A stretch of 49,498 nucleotides of DNA from an uncultured Lishizhenia sp. GTDB taxonomy: Bacteria > Bacteroidota > Bacteroidia > Flavobacteriales_D > Crocinitomicaceae. Of the stretch, positions 19,508 to 28,178 are shown in pieces. Position 1 is the first letter of the stretch; each line of letters starts with the position of its first letter. The position numbers and the translations under genes were made by a program. Location: positions 1 to 49,498 of the forward strand of contig CAYPVA010000001.1 of NCBI GenBank assembly GCA_964414045.1, given 5' to 3'. Under the pieces are notes generated by a model. That model saw only the letters and a list, made by a program, of their open reading frames with translations. It was not told the DNA's origin and did no database searches.

Positions 19508-20433
19508 GCGACATCCCAATCCAACACCTGTAGGTGTTTATTTTGAGCCTTGATTCCATAGTATAATTGCATACTCCGGATCAAGGCTTTTATATTTTCG
19601 GTCTTCATGCTCCTATTTGGCGTGAGTGCAATAATTTCTCTTGCTGGAGCCGCAGTGGGAGAAACAAGCTTTTTAATTCCATTTTGTTGTGCTGGCTTGA
19701 GTTTAAAATGCTCAGGTACAAGTGTGTATCCTCCTTGTTGGTCCACCATTTCTAATAGAAGCGGTAAGTTGCCACCTTCGTAATCCCAGTCTGCTTTGTT
19801 ATCTTGGGCATTGAGTTGGCAAAAATGCAACATTTGTGTGCGCAAACAGTTTCCCTGATTGAGTAACCAAGGGTGCATTTTCTGAATTTCTTCTAGGCTG
19901 ATCGTAGCCGCAGGATGCTGCGGGCAATAGATAAGTATTTCCTCTAAATATAGCGGAATTGTCTGAATGCGCGGGTCGTGAAAAGGCCCGGCAATAATTG
20001 CCAAATCGAGTTCTTTCTTTTCAAGGGCCTCAATGGCCTCTGTTGTTTTAAGTTCTTTGATTTGAAGACGTACGTTGGTAAAATCCCGGACCCAACTTGA
20101 GAATAAATCGGGTAATAGATAGGTAGCAATGGTAGGAATGATTCCTATTCTTATTTCTTCCTTGACATTTCCTTTGAGCTGTTCAGAAAGGTATTTGATT
20201 TTCTCCGTTTCGGCTAATATTTCTCTGATGATTGGAAGTAGTTTTTTGCCTGCTGGAGTAAGTTGTAATGGTTGTGCATCGCGGTCAAAGATGGCATAGC
20301 CGAGGGTATCTTCCGCTTTTTTAATTTGCATTGAAAGCGTAGGTTGCGTCACGAAGCAGCGTTCACTTGCTCTTTGGAATTGCAGTTCTTCACTCAGAAT
20401 GACGATATAATTCATTTGTTGCAAGGAAATCAT
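19504..20433 (-). CDS. oxyR: LysR-family transcriptional regulator; OxyR-like by context
   Basis: N-terminal wHTH LQQMNYIVILSEELQFQRASERCFVTQPTLSMQIKKAE. It is divergent from ahpC. Cys residues fall in the effector domain (YCPQH, NQGNCLRTQ). The start was moved to the ATG at 20433. Confidence 0.7.
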   Translation of the reverse strand: MISLQQMNYIVILSEELQFQRASERCFVTQPTLSMQIKKAEDTLGYAIFDRDAQPLQLTPAGKKLLPIIREILAETEKIKYLSEQLKGNVKEEIRIGIIPTIATYLLPDLFSSWVRDFTNVRLQIKELKTTEAIEALEKKELDLAIIAGPFHDPRIQTIPLYLEEILIYCPQHPAATISLEEIQKMHPWLLNQGNCLRTQMLHFCQLNAQDNKADWDYEGGNLPLLLEMVDQQGGYTLVPEHFKLKPAQQNGIKKLVSPTAAPAREIIALTPNRSMKTENIKALIRSMQLYYGIKAQNKHLQVLDWDVA

Positions 20434-20439
20434 CAGGGG

Positions 20440-20467
20440 TAGATTTGAATAGTATAAATAAAATCTA
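20440..20467. promoter_or_regulatory. Candidate LysR/OxyR operator: inverted repeat TAGATTT-N14-AAATCTA containing ATAG-N12-CTAT
   Basis: Read directly. A third TAGATTT copy sits at 20538-20544. Confidence 0.35.
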
Positions 20468-20469
20468 TA

Positions 20470-20477
20470 CAAATATA
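20470..20477 (-). promoter_or_regulatory. Candidate -7 box TATATTTG for oxyR
   Basis: Plus-strand CAAATATA, 36 nt upstream of the oxyR ATG and abutting the inverted repeat. Confidence 0.35.
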
Positions 20478-20512
20478 AAACAAATCGAAATTTAAAATGG
20501 TTTCTTTGCGCT

Positions 20513-20520
20513 TAACTTTG
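20513..20520 (+). promoter_or_regulatory. Upstream copy of TAACTTTG; possible second ahpC promoter
   Basis: Identical 8-mer to the proximal box, 69 bp upstream of it. Confidence 0.25.
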
Positions 20521-20581
20521 TCACACAAAAGTTAGCATAGATTTAATCAACAGAACACTTCGTTCATCAACCAAATCGACC

Positions 20582-20589
20582 TAACTTTG
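20582..20589 (+). promoter_or_regulatory. Candidate -7 box TAACTTTG for the ahpC operon
   Basis: Matches TAnnTTTG, 35 nt upstream of the ATG at 20625. Confidence 0.45.
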
Positions 20590-20624
20590 TTGAAAGAGTA
20601 ATAACCAAATAAATAATAAATAAT

Positions 20625-21248
20625 ATGTCAACTTTAGTAGGAAAAAAATTTCCAGACATTAGCGTGAAAGCGATTGATGAAATGGGTGATACCTTTAGCA
20701 TCAATGTATTGAAACAAGCAACAGACAACAACAAAAAAGTAGTTTTATTTTGGTATCCAAAAGACTTCACATTTGTTTGTCCTACGGAAATTCATGCTTT
20801 CCAAGAGGCTGCTGCTGAATTTGAAAAAAGAAATACTATTGTAATTGGTGCATCATGTGATACCGCAGAAGTACACTTTGCATGGTTAAATACAGCGAAA
20901 GACAACGGTGGTATCGAAGGTGTTCGTTTTCCGTTGATTGCAGATTCTACCAGACTTCTTGCACAAGAACTCGGCATCTTAGATTACGATATGTTCGATG
21001 AAGACAACATGGCAGGAGACAACGTGCCATACCGAGCTACTTACCTTTTAGATGAAAATGGAATGGTTTTCCACGAATCAGTAAACCACTTCCCAGTAGG
21101 AAGAAACGTACACGAATACCTTCGTTTGATCGACGCTTTTGCACACGTTCAAAAACATGGTGAAGTTTGCCCAGCAAACTGGGAAGAAGGAAAAGATGCC
21201 ATGAACGCAACACGCAACGGCGTTGCTGATTATTTAAGCAAACACTAA
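20625..21248 (+). CDS. ahpC: Typical 2-Cys peroxiredoxin (AhpC/Prx1)
   Basis: Peroxidatic Cys in DFTFVCPTEI and resolving Cys in HGEVCPANWEEG. Confidence 0.9.
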   Translation: MSTLVGKKFPDISVKAIDEMGDTFSINVLKQATDNNKKVVLFWYPKDFTFVCPTEIHAFQEAAAEFEKRNTIVIGASCDTAEVHFAWLNTAKDNGGIEGVRFPLIADSTRLLAQELGILDYDMFDEDNMAGDNVPYRATYLLDENGMVFHESVNHFPVGRNVHEYLRLIDAFAHVQKHGEVCPANWEEGKDAMNATRNGVADYLSKH

Positions 21249-21252
21249 GTAT

Positions 21253-21567
21253 ATGTTCAGCGAATTGAACTCAGATAACCTAGACCAAGTTTTAGGTACG
21301 CACACAAAAGTGATGGTGCAGTATGGTGCAGGTTGGTGTGGCAATTGTAAAATTACCAAACCAAAATTCAAACGCCTGGCTGAAACGCACACAGACATCG
21401 AGTTTGTATACGTAGATGCTGAGTTGTATCCAAATTCTCGCAAATTTGCCAACGTGAGTAACTTACCAACTTTTGCATCTTTCGAAGGCGGTCAGTTGAA
21501 AGCAGAGGCACAAGGAAACAAAATAGAAACGATTCAAGAAGTACTCGATGCGCTTACCAGTCATTAA
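21253..21567 (+). CDS. Thioredoxin-fold protein with an atypical CGNC active site
   Basis: VQYGAGWCGNCKITKPKF, 104 aa. Confidence 0.8.
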   Translation: MFSELNSDNLDQVLGTHTKVMVQYGAGWCGNCKITKPKFKRLAETHTDIEFVYVDAELYPNSRKFANVSNLPTFASFEGGQLKAEAQGNKIETIQEVLDALTSH

Positions 21568-21802
21568 ACATATCGTAGAATTCATCGAGCAAAACGATGA
21601 AGATTACATCAATGAAACGATGGAAACGCTAGAAAATCTCATCGAGGCGCCCGGAATCAAAGACGAAGAACTTGACGTCATTGGCGAGTTACTCTCCAAT
21701 TTTTCAGGGGCCATAGAGGTTCATCGTGAAATTCAAAAAGGAATCCCTAAGAAGGAGGCTCTTAATGGATTCATGAAAAGAGTTACCGGATCTATTAACT
21801 AA
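21548..21802 (+). CDS. Small acidic hypothetical protein, 84 aa
   Basis: ORF overlaps the thioredoxin gene by 20 nt. It is followed directly by a terminator. I recognise no motif. Confidence 0.5.
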   Translation: MRLPVIKHIVEFIEQNDEDYINETMETLENLIEAPGIKDEELDVIGELLSNFSGAIEVHREIQKGIPKKEALNGFMKRVTGSIN

Positions 21803-21803
21803 C

Positions 21804-21829
21804 AAAAACCACCTTCGGGTGGTTTTTTT
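21804..21829 (+). terminator. Rho-independent terminator (UUCG tetraloop) closing the ahpC operon
   Basis: AAAAACCACC-TTCG-GGTGGTTTTTTT. Confidence 0.8.
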
Positions 21830-21834
21830 ATGCC

Positions 21835-21842
21835 TATCTTTG
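21835..21842 (+). promoter_or_regulatory. Candidate -7 box TATCTTTG placed 4 nt before the prfA ATG; predicts a leaderless mRNA
   Basis: TATCTTTG-CGGC-ATG, read directly. Confidence 0.4.
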
Positions 21843-21846
21843 CGGC

Positions 21847-22926
21847 ATGTCTGACTTACTTAGCAAACTAGAAGCCATTCATTTTCGCTTCATTGAAGTG
21901 GGTAAAATGATTACCGATCCCGATATCATTTCGGATATGAGTCGGTACGTCAAACTCAATAAAGAATACCGTGACCTCGAGATTCTTGATCAAGCCTACT
22001 CTAAATATAGCCTGGTGCTCGGAAATCTCAAAAGTGCTAAAGCGCTTTTAGAGGAAGAACAAGACCCAGAAATGCGAGAAATGGCAAAACTCGAAATCGA
22101 CGAACTCGAGCAACAACGTCCTGTTCTGGAAGAAGAAATCAAATTGTTGCTCATTCCCAAAGATCCTGAAGATGATAAAAACGCCATCTTAGAACTTCGA
22201 GCGGGTACGGGTGGAGACGAAGCTTGCATCTTTGTAGAAGATGTATTTCGCATGTATACCATGTATTTTAAAGCGATGGGCTGGAACTACGAAGTACTCA
22301 ATTCTTCCGAAGGTTCCGTAAAAGGCTACAAAGAAATTTCAATGGAAATTACAGGGGCGGGTATTTATGGTTCCTTAAAATTTGAATCTGGTGTGCATCG
22401 CGTTCAACGCGTGCCAGAAACAGAATCTCAAGGAAGGGTACACACATCTGCCATCACAGTTGCTGTTTTACCCGAAGCTGAAGAAGTTGATTTCGAACTC
22501 GATATGAATGACGTCAGAAAAGATACTTTCAGAGCGTCAGGAGCAGGAGGACAGCACATTAACAAAACTGAATCTGCTATTCGGCTTACCCACGTTCCGA
22601 CCGGAACCGTTGTAGAATGTCAAGATGGCCGTTCACAACACAAAAACTTGGAAAAAGCCATTTCTGTATTGCGTTCAAGGCTTTATCAATTAGAGTTAGA
22701 TCGCGTGCAAAGTGAAAGAGCAGCCCAAAGAAAAACATTGGTTTCTACCGGTGACCGCTCTGCCAAAATCAGAACTTATAATTATCCGCAAGGTCGCATC
22801 ACGGATCACCGCATCAATAAAACGATGTATAATCTGGGTGTCTTCATGAATGGCGATATTCAAGAAATGCTCGATGCCCTTAAAATGGCCGAAAATGCGG
22901 AAAAACTTAAAGGTGAAACTGCATGA
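21847..22926 (+). CDS. prfA: Peptide chain release factor 1
   Basis: GGQ motif (RASGAGGQHINKTESAIRLTH) and the RF1-type PxT tripeptide (PET in RVPETESQGRVHTS). Confidence 0.95.
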   Translation: MSDLLSKLEAIHFRFIEVGKMITDPDIISDMSRYVKLNKEYRDLEILDQAYSKYSLVLGNLKSAKALLEEEQDPEMREMAKLEIDELEQQRPVLEEEIKLLLIPKDPEDDKNAILELRAGTGGDEACIFVEDVFRMYTMYFKAMGWNYEVLNSSEGSVKGYKEISMEITGAGIYGSLKFESGVHRVQRVPETESQGRVHTSAITVAVLPEAEEVDFELDMNDVRKDTFRASGAGGQHINKTESAIRLTHVPTGTVVECQDGRSQHKNLEKAISVLRSRLYQLELDRVQSERAAQRKTLVSTGDRSAKIRTYNYPQGRITDHRINKTMYNLGVFMNGDIQEMLDALKMAENAEKLKGETA

Positions 22927-23738
22927 CAAAAGCTGAATTACTGGCACAAATTAAATTGAAGAAATCTTTTTTGTGCGTTGGTCTCGATCCAGATTTAAAT
23001 AAAATACCGCCACATCTCTTAGCCACAGCTGACCCTCTTTTTGAGTTTTGTAAAGCCATCATTGATGCAACGCATCCCTATGCAGTTGCTTTTAAGCCGA
23101 ATACAGCTTTTTTTGAATGTCATGGCGCTGCTGGTTGGGAAGCACTTAGAAAAACCATCGCCTATATTCCAACAGAATGTATGGTCATTGCCGACGCCAA
23201 GCGCGGTGATATCGGCAACACCTCCACCTATTATGCCAAAACCTTTTTTGAGCACATGAATGCCGATGCGGTTACTGTGGCACCTTACATGGGCTCAGAT
23301 TCTGTGTTGCCATTTTTAGCATTTGAAAACAAATGGGTTGTTTTGTTGGCTTTGACTTCCAATGAAGGAGCCAAAGATTTTCAACTCGCTACCGAAAATA
23401 AGGTACCACTCTTTGAACAAGTATTAAAGAAATCAGCACAATGGGGTAGTCCGGAGCAACTCATGTATGTTGTGGGGGCAACCCGCGCTGAGGATATAGC
23501 AAAAGTGAGGGCTTTGGTCCCGGATTATTTCTTTTTGGTCCCCGGAGTTGGTGCCCAAGGTGGAGACTTAGATGAAGTAGTTCGATACGGTGCCAACGCC
23601 GAATTAGGCTTATTGGTAAATTCTTCTCGGGCTATTATTTATGCGTCAGCAGGCGAAGACTTTGCGATTGCCGCAAAAAAAGAAGCGCTGAACATACAAA
23701 ACCAAATGGCCGTGCATATTCAGCGCCTCGCGTTGTAA
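22923..23738 (+). CDS. pyrF: Orotidine-5'-phosphate decarboxylase (type 2)
   Basis: FLCVGLDPD...ADAKRGDIGNTS. The start overlaps the prfA stop by ATGA. Confidence 0.88.
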   Translation: MTKAELLAQIKLKKSFLCVGLDPDLNKIPPHLLATADPLFEFCKAIIDATHPYAVAFKPNTAFFECHGAAGWEALRKTIAYIPTECMVIADAKRGDIGNTSTYYAKTFFEHMNADAVTVAPYMGSDSVLPFLAFENKWVVLLALTSNEGAKDFQLATENKVPLFEQVLKKSAQWGSPEQLMYVVGATRAEDIAKVRALVPDYFFLVPGVGAQGGDLDEVVRYGANAELGLLVNSSRAIIYASAGEDFAIAAKKEALNIQNQMAVHIQRLAL

Positions 23739-23745
23739 TAATTGC

Positions 23746-23889
23746 TTATCTTGTAGCTAAGTCAGCGTTTTGTTCAGTTTGTTGAACGCTTCCGTAAGCA
23801 TCACAGCTCGCTTTGCGACCTGCACCGCATGAAGCTAAAAACAATACAGCAAAAAGAGCTGCAACGATAAATGTAGATTTTGATTTCAT
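23746..23889 (-). CDS. 47-aa micro-lipoprotein
   Basis: MKSKSTFIVAALFAVLFLASC has lipobox LASC. The mature peptide is about 27 aa and carries a second Cys (KASCDAYG). The start was moved to the ATG at 23889. Confidence 0.55.
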   Translation of the reverse strand: MKSKSTFIVAALFAVLFLASCGAGRKASCDAYGSVQQTEQNADLATR

Positions 23890-23936
23890 GGTTGTTTGTT
23901 TTGTTGTTGTTGCTTCGTTTAACGGAAGTCCTTTTG

Positions 23937-23944
23937 CAAAGTTA
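23937..23944 (-). promoter_or_regulatory. Candidate -7 box TAACTTTG for the micro-lipoprotein gene
   Basis: Plus-strand CAAAGTTA, 47 nt upstream of the ATG at 23889. The leader that follows is A/C-rich. Confidence 0.35.
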
Positions 23945-23980
23945 CAATTTTTCAAAAATTACCGCGTTTAAAATTGAGCA

Positions 23981-25594
23981 ATGAGCTTTCGGTTCCGTTT
24001 TTTCTTTCTCTTGTTGTTTTCCTTTCCATTGACTGGTTTTGTGCAAGTTCAGTTTGTTTTTTCAGCTGACTTCCCTCAAGAGCTCAAGAAAATTGTAAAT
24101 ACAATACCTTCTGACATTCAGCAAAAGGCTTGGTCCCATTATGCGAACAAAGTTCAATTAGAGGCTTATGGTTTAGGTTATTTTTTATTTGAATCAAGGT
24201 GGATTACACATGCGGATTCAAGCAAAGTGATCGCTTTCAATGCGGGTAAAAAATTCGAGGAAATAGAGCTGCTTTCTTCAACCACCATTCGCAAATTAAA
24301 ACCAAAAGAATTTCAGCACCTCGTATCCGATAGTTTAGCAGATTATCTCAATAATGGCCATCCTTTTGTCAAAATTATACTTTTGGCACAATCTGCTGAG
24401 CAACCCAAATTCACCTTGCAAATAGAACCCGGACCAGCAATTGACGTGGGCCGAGTTGTCATTAAGCCAGAGGGGATCATTCAGTCAAATGTGTTGGCAC
24501 AGCTCCTGCAATTAGAAACAGGCTCAATTTTTTCAATAAAGGAACTCGAGCAAATTAGAAGCAGACTTTCCAATCAAAGTGGTTTTAAATTAATCAGAGA
24601 ACCTGAGTGGTTGGTGCAGGAAGACCAGGCCGATATCTATCTTTACTTGGAAAGAGTGAAGGCCAGTTCAGCAACAGGTATTCTTGGTTTACAACCTAAT
24701 CCGCTGACTCAAAAAAATACCTTAGTAGGTGAGTTGCAAGTGAGTTTGCATAATACTTGGCAAAAAAATGAAAAGCTCTATTTGAATTGGAGAAGTGTGG
24801 CACCACAAGTACAGCTGCTGCAGTTACAAGTGAATTGGCCTTACATTGCGAGTTCGGCATATGGCCTTCAGGCCGGTTTAAAAATGTATAAAAGGGATAC
24901 TTCTTTTATCGAACTGAAGTCACAAATTGGACTGCAGTATCAACTTCCCAAAGCATGGCAAATTCTAGGATTGCTTGATTTTTGGCGCTCGAGCAATTTA
25001 TCCGGCCCGCAAGCTTATCAGCTAGCGAATTTTCGCAATCTTTCCTATGGCCTCGCCTTGCAACGAAAAACCCTCAATAATTGGTTTAACCCAACCAAAG
25101 GACAGATTTTTTATAGTCAGTTTTTAGTGGGCACAAAAAAAATGTCACAGGCGCATTTTACATGGCGCATAGAAATTCAGCAGCAGCAATTTTTTGCTTT
25201 GGCCAAAAGACACACTTTGCTTTTTCAGCAACAATTGAGTCACATCGCGTCTGATTCACTTTTTAGAAATGAACTCTATCGTTTCGGAGGCTTAGATCGG
25301 ATGAGGGGCTTTGATGAGGAGGCATTTTTCGCATCAAGTTTTGCATTTGCTGGCCTTGAATACCGCTTTATAATAGACGAGTTCGCTTACGCTTCCCTAT
25401 TTACAGATTGGGCCGTATTTACCAATAAAACAATTTCTGCCCCGGCAGAATGGGTGCAGGCAGTGGGCTTGGGTTTTGCAATGGGCTCAGAAAAAGGACT
25501 TTTCAAACTCAATTATGCATTAGGTACGTACTTAGGTGAGCCTTTCAAGTTCTCATCGGGAAAAATACACCTGGCTTATATTTCTTACTTTTAA
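23981..25594 (+). CDS. Outer-membrane beta-barrel protein, Omp85/BamA-like (surface antigen family)
   Basis: Signal peptide, alternating amphipathic strands in the C-terminal half, and a terminal beta-signal (KIHLAYISYF). The family call is by general appearance only. Confidence 0.55.
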   Translation: MSFRFRFFFLLLFSFPLTGFVQVQFVFSADFPQELKKIVNTIPSDIQQKAWSHYANKVQLEAYGLGYFLFESRWITHADSSKVIAFNAGKKFEEIELLSSTTIRKLKPKEFQHLVSDSLADYLNNGHPFVKIILLAQSAEQPKFTLQIEPGPAIDVGRVVIKPEGIIQSNVLAQLLQLETGSIFSIKELEQIRSRLSNQSGFKLIREPEWLVQEDQADIYLYLERVKASSATGILGLQPNPLTQKNTLVGELQVSLHNTWQKNEKLYLNWRSVAPQVQLLQLQVNWPYIASSAYGLQAGLKMYKRDTSFIELKSQIGLQYQLPKAWQILGLLDFWRSSNLSGPQAYQLANFRNLSYGLALQRKTLNNWFNPTKGQIFYSQFLVGTKKMSQAHFTWRIEIQQQQFFALAKRHTLLFQQQLSHIASDSLFRNELYRFGGLDRMRGFDEEAFFASSFAFAGLEYRFIIDEFAYASLFTDWAVFTNKTISAPAEWVQAVGLGFAMGSEKGLFKLNYALGTYLGEPFKFSSGKIHLAYISYF

Positions 25595-25596
25595 TT

Positions 25597-26172
25597 ATGA
25601 AAATCATTTTTGCGAGTCACAATCAAAAAAAGACGGAAGAAATTCGTTCAATGTTGCCAAGTCATTTCAATTTATTGAATTTACATGACCTTGGACAAAC
25701 GGAGGTGATTCCGGAAGAAGAACCAACAATTGAGGGAAATTCAGCTTTTAAGGCCAATTGGGTTTTTGAGAAATATGGTCTACCGTGTTTTGCGGATGAC
25801 ACCGGTTTGGAAGTCCTGGCGCTAGCTGGTGCTCCTGGTGTGCATTCGGCGCGATACGCAGGTGAGGTCCGCTCCGACGACGCAAACATGCAAAAATTAC
25901 TAGAAAACTTAAAAACCCACAAGGACCGTTCTGCTCAATTCAAAACGGTGATTACCTATCGTGCTGAAGGAGTTTTTGAACAATTCACAGGCCTTGTAAA
26001 GGGTGAAATAGCGCTAGAGGCCAAAGGGAGCCAAGGTTTTGGTTACGACCCTATTTTTTTTCCGGAAGGTCAACAGCGCACCTTTGCAGAAATGGAATTA
26101 GCAGAAAAAAATGAATATAGCCACCGCGCTAGGGCGTTTTCCCAACTGATGAACTTTCTTACCAAACAATAG
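25597..26172 (+). CDS. rdgB: Non-canonical purine NTP pyrophosphatase (RdgB/HAM1)
   Basis: MKIIFASHNQKKTEEI...FADDTGLEV...GFGYDPIFFP...SHRARA. Confidence 0.9.
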   Translation: MKIIFASHNQKKTEEIRSMLPSHFNLLNLHDLGQTEVIPEEEPTIEGNSAFKANWVFEKYGLPCFADDTGLEVLALAGAPGVHSARYAGEVRSDDANMQKLLENLKTHKDRSAQFKTVITYRAEGVFEQFTGLVKGEIALEAKGSQGFGYDPIFFPEGQQRTFAEMELAEKNEYSHRARAFSQLMNFLTKQ

Positions 26173-26174
26173 CT

Positions 26175-26546
26175 TTATTTAAAGTCTTGTGCGCTAGATT
26201 TGATCACAATAGCTACGTTTTGAACATCGCCATTGATGGGAGGGCAAATTTTGGTGATTTTAACCTTTAGTTTGTCAACTCCAACAAGTTCTTGATAAAT
26301 GCGTTGGCAAATTCGATGACCAACATGTTCTATGAGCTTGGATCGGATGGCCATTTCTTCCGTGACAATACGGTTGACATCCACGTAATCAATGGTTTGT
26401 GTTAAGTCATCGGCAAGGGCTGCTGCTGTGAAATCAGTTGTGAGGTTTACATCGACTACATAGTTTCCGCCAACACGTCCTTCTTCCTCCAGACAACCAT
26501 GAAAAGCATAAAGTTGAATGCCGTTAACTTCAATTTGATGTTTCAT
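26175..26546 (-). CDS. folB: Dihydroneopterin aldolase
   Basis: IQLYAFHGCLEEEGRVGGNYVVDV...TIDYVDV, about 120 aa. Confidence 0.85.
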   Translation of the reverse strand: MKHQIEVNGIQLYAFHGCLEEEGRVGGNYVVDVNLTTDFTAAALADDLTQTIDYVDVNRIVTEEMAIRSKLIEHVGHRICQRIYQELVGVDKLKVKITKICPPINGDVQNVAIVIKSSAQDFK

Positions 26547-28065
26547 CCAGGATTTGTTCTATTGCTTTGATTCCTTGTTCCATGCGCTTTATTACTTCAG
26601 CTTTGCCTAAAAATGAAGTCACGTCAAACATGCCTGGGCCTGCGCCAACACCGGTAAGTGTCAGACGATAGGGTAATAATACCGCCCCAATACCTACTTG
26701 TTTTGCTTCTAAAAAGGCCTTGAAGGCACTTTCTATAGATGCCGCGGAAAAGTCTGACAAATCGGTTAAAATTTGTTTCCACTCTTGCATGAAAGCGGTG
26801 GTTTCTGGTTTCCATTTTTTGCGGATGGTTTCGGCATCAAATGTATTGGGCTCAGTTAATAAATAGGCACCTTCTTGAAGGATGTCCTGCGCAAAAGTAG
26901 CGCGTTCTTTCATGAGTCCACAAATAATGGCTAAACGAGAAGGGTCAACGTTTAAGTTGTTTTGTAAAATCAGTGTTTCAGCAATTTGCTCGTCAGAAAG
27001 TGCACGCAAATACTGTTGTTGAAACCATTTAGTCTTGTTCGGGTCAAACTTTGCGCCTGCTTTGCTTACACGCTCCAGAGAAAATGCTTCGACCAATTCT
27101 TCGAGGTTGAAAATTTCTTGGGTTGTTCCCGGATTCCAGCCCAAAAGTGCAAGCATATTGATAAAAGCTTCTGGCAAATAACCATTTTCGCGATAGCCTG
27201 AATAGAGTTCGCCTTCTGCTGTTGTCCAATTCGTAGGGAAAACCGGAAAACCTAAGCGATCGCCATCGCGCTTGGAAAGTTTGCCGTTACCATCGGGTCT
27301 GAGTAGGAGTGGAAGGTGCGCAAATTCAGGACAATCCCAGCCAAATGCTTGGTATAAAAGAATGTGTAAGGGCGCTGATGGAAGCCATTCCTCGCCTCGA
27401 ATCACATGGCTAATTGCCATTGTGTGGTCATCGACGATATTGGCAAGGTGATAAGTTGGCATGCCGTCGCTTTTGAAAAGTACTTTATCGTCGAGGTTGT
27501 TGGTGTTGACAACAACCCAGCCACGAATCAAATCATGAAAACGCACATCTTGATTGCGTGGCATTTTCATGCGGATGACATAGGGTTCGTTGGCAGCTAA
27601 TAATTGCTCTACCTCTGATTGCGGTAGTGTAAGCGAGTTGCGCATGCTACTACGCGTAACGCTATTATATTGCCAGTTTGGCATGCCCATGTTTTTTGCT
27701 TGATCGCGCATGCGGTCGAGGTCTTCGGCGCTATCAAAGGCATAGTATGCTTTGTCTTCGGCTACCAATTGTTCAGCATATGGGCGGTACATTTCTTTGC
27801 GCTCTGATTGAACGTAAGGTCCGAAATCACCACCTAAACCAGGGCCTTCAGTTGGCATGATACCACACCAAGCTAAAGCATCCATGATATAATCTTGAGC
27901 TCCAGGTACAAAACGCGTTTGATCAGTATCTTCTATGCGAATAAGGAAGGTACCATTGTGCTTTTTGGCAAATAAATAATTGTAAAGAGCGGTGCGCACA
28001 CCACCCATATGTAAGGGCCCTGTTGGTGACGGAGCAAAGCGAACGCGAACTGGAGTTGTAGACAT
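26530..28065 (-). CDS. gltX: Glutamate--tRNA ligase
   Basis: VRVRFAPSPTGPLHMGGVRTALYNYLFA (HIGH-type motif) and KLSKR (KMSKS-type motif). The start was moved to the ATG at 28065. It overlaps folB by 17 nt. Confidence 0.93.
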   Translation of the reverse strand: MSTTPVRVRFAPSPTGPLHMGGVRTALYNYLFAKKHNGTFLIRIEDTDQTRFVPGAQDYIMDALAWCGIMPTEGPGLGGDFGPYVQSERKEMYRPYAEQLVAEDKAYYAFDSAEDLDRMRDQAKNMGMPNWQYNSVTRSSMRNSLTLPQSEVEQLLAANEPYVIRMKMPRNQDVRFHDLIRGWVVVNTNNLDDKVLFKSDGMPTYHLANIVDDHTMAISHVIRGEEWLPSAPLHILLYQAFGWDCPEFAHLPLLLRPDGNGKLSKRDGDRLGFPVFPTNWTTAEGELYSGYRENGYLPEAFINMLALLGWNPGTTQEIFNLEELVEAFSLERVSKAGAKFDPNKTKWFQQQYLRALSDEQIAETLILQNNLNVDPSRLAIICGLMKERATFAQDILQEGAYLLTEPNTFDAETIRKKWKPETTAFMQEWKQILTDLSDFSAASIESAFKAFLEAKQVGIGAVLLPYRLTLTGVGAGPGMFDVTSFLGKAEVIKRMEQGIKAIEQILDETSN

Positions 28066-28082
28066 AATATTTAAATAGGATG

Positions 28083-28090
28083 CAAAGATA
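28083..28090 (-). promoter_or_regulatory. Candidate -7 box TATCTTTG for gltX-folB
   Basis: Plus-strand CAAAGATA, 17 nt upstream of the gltX ATG. Confidence 0.4.
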
Positions 28091-28178
28091 ATAAATTGGA
28101 AAAGAATCAAGTCTGAAATTGACTTGAGTCATGTTTAAAACGTGGTCCTTTTGAGACCTTTGTTTAAAATTCAACACT

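Noticed and set aside
21847-22926. Programmed +1 frameshift, as found in release factor genes.
   Set aside because: That mechanism belongs to prfB (RF2). This gene is RF1 (PET tripeptide) and reads as one uninterrupted frame.
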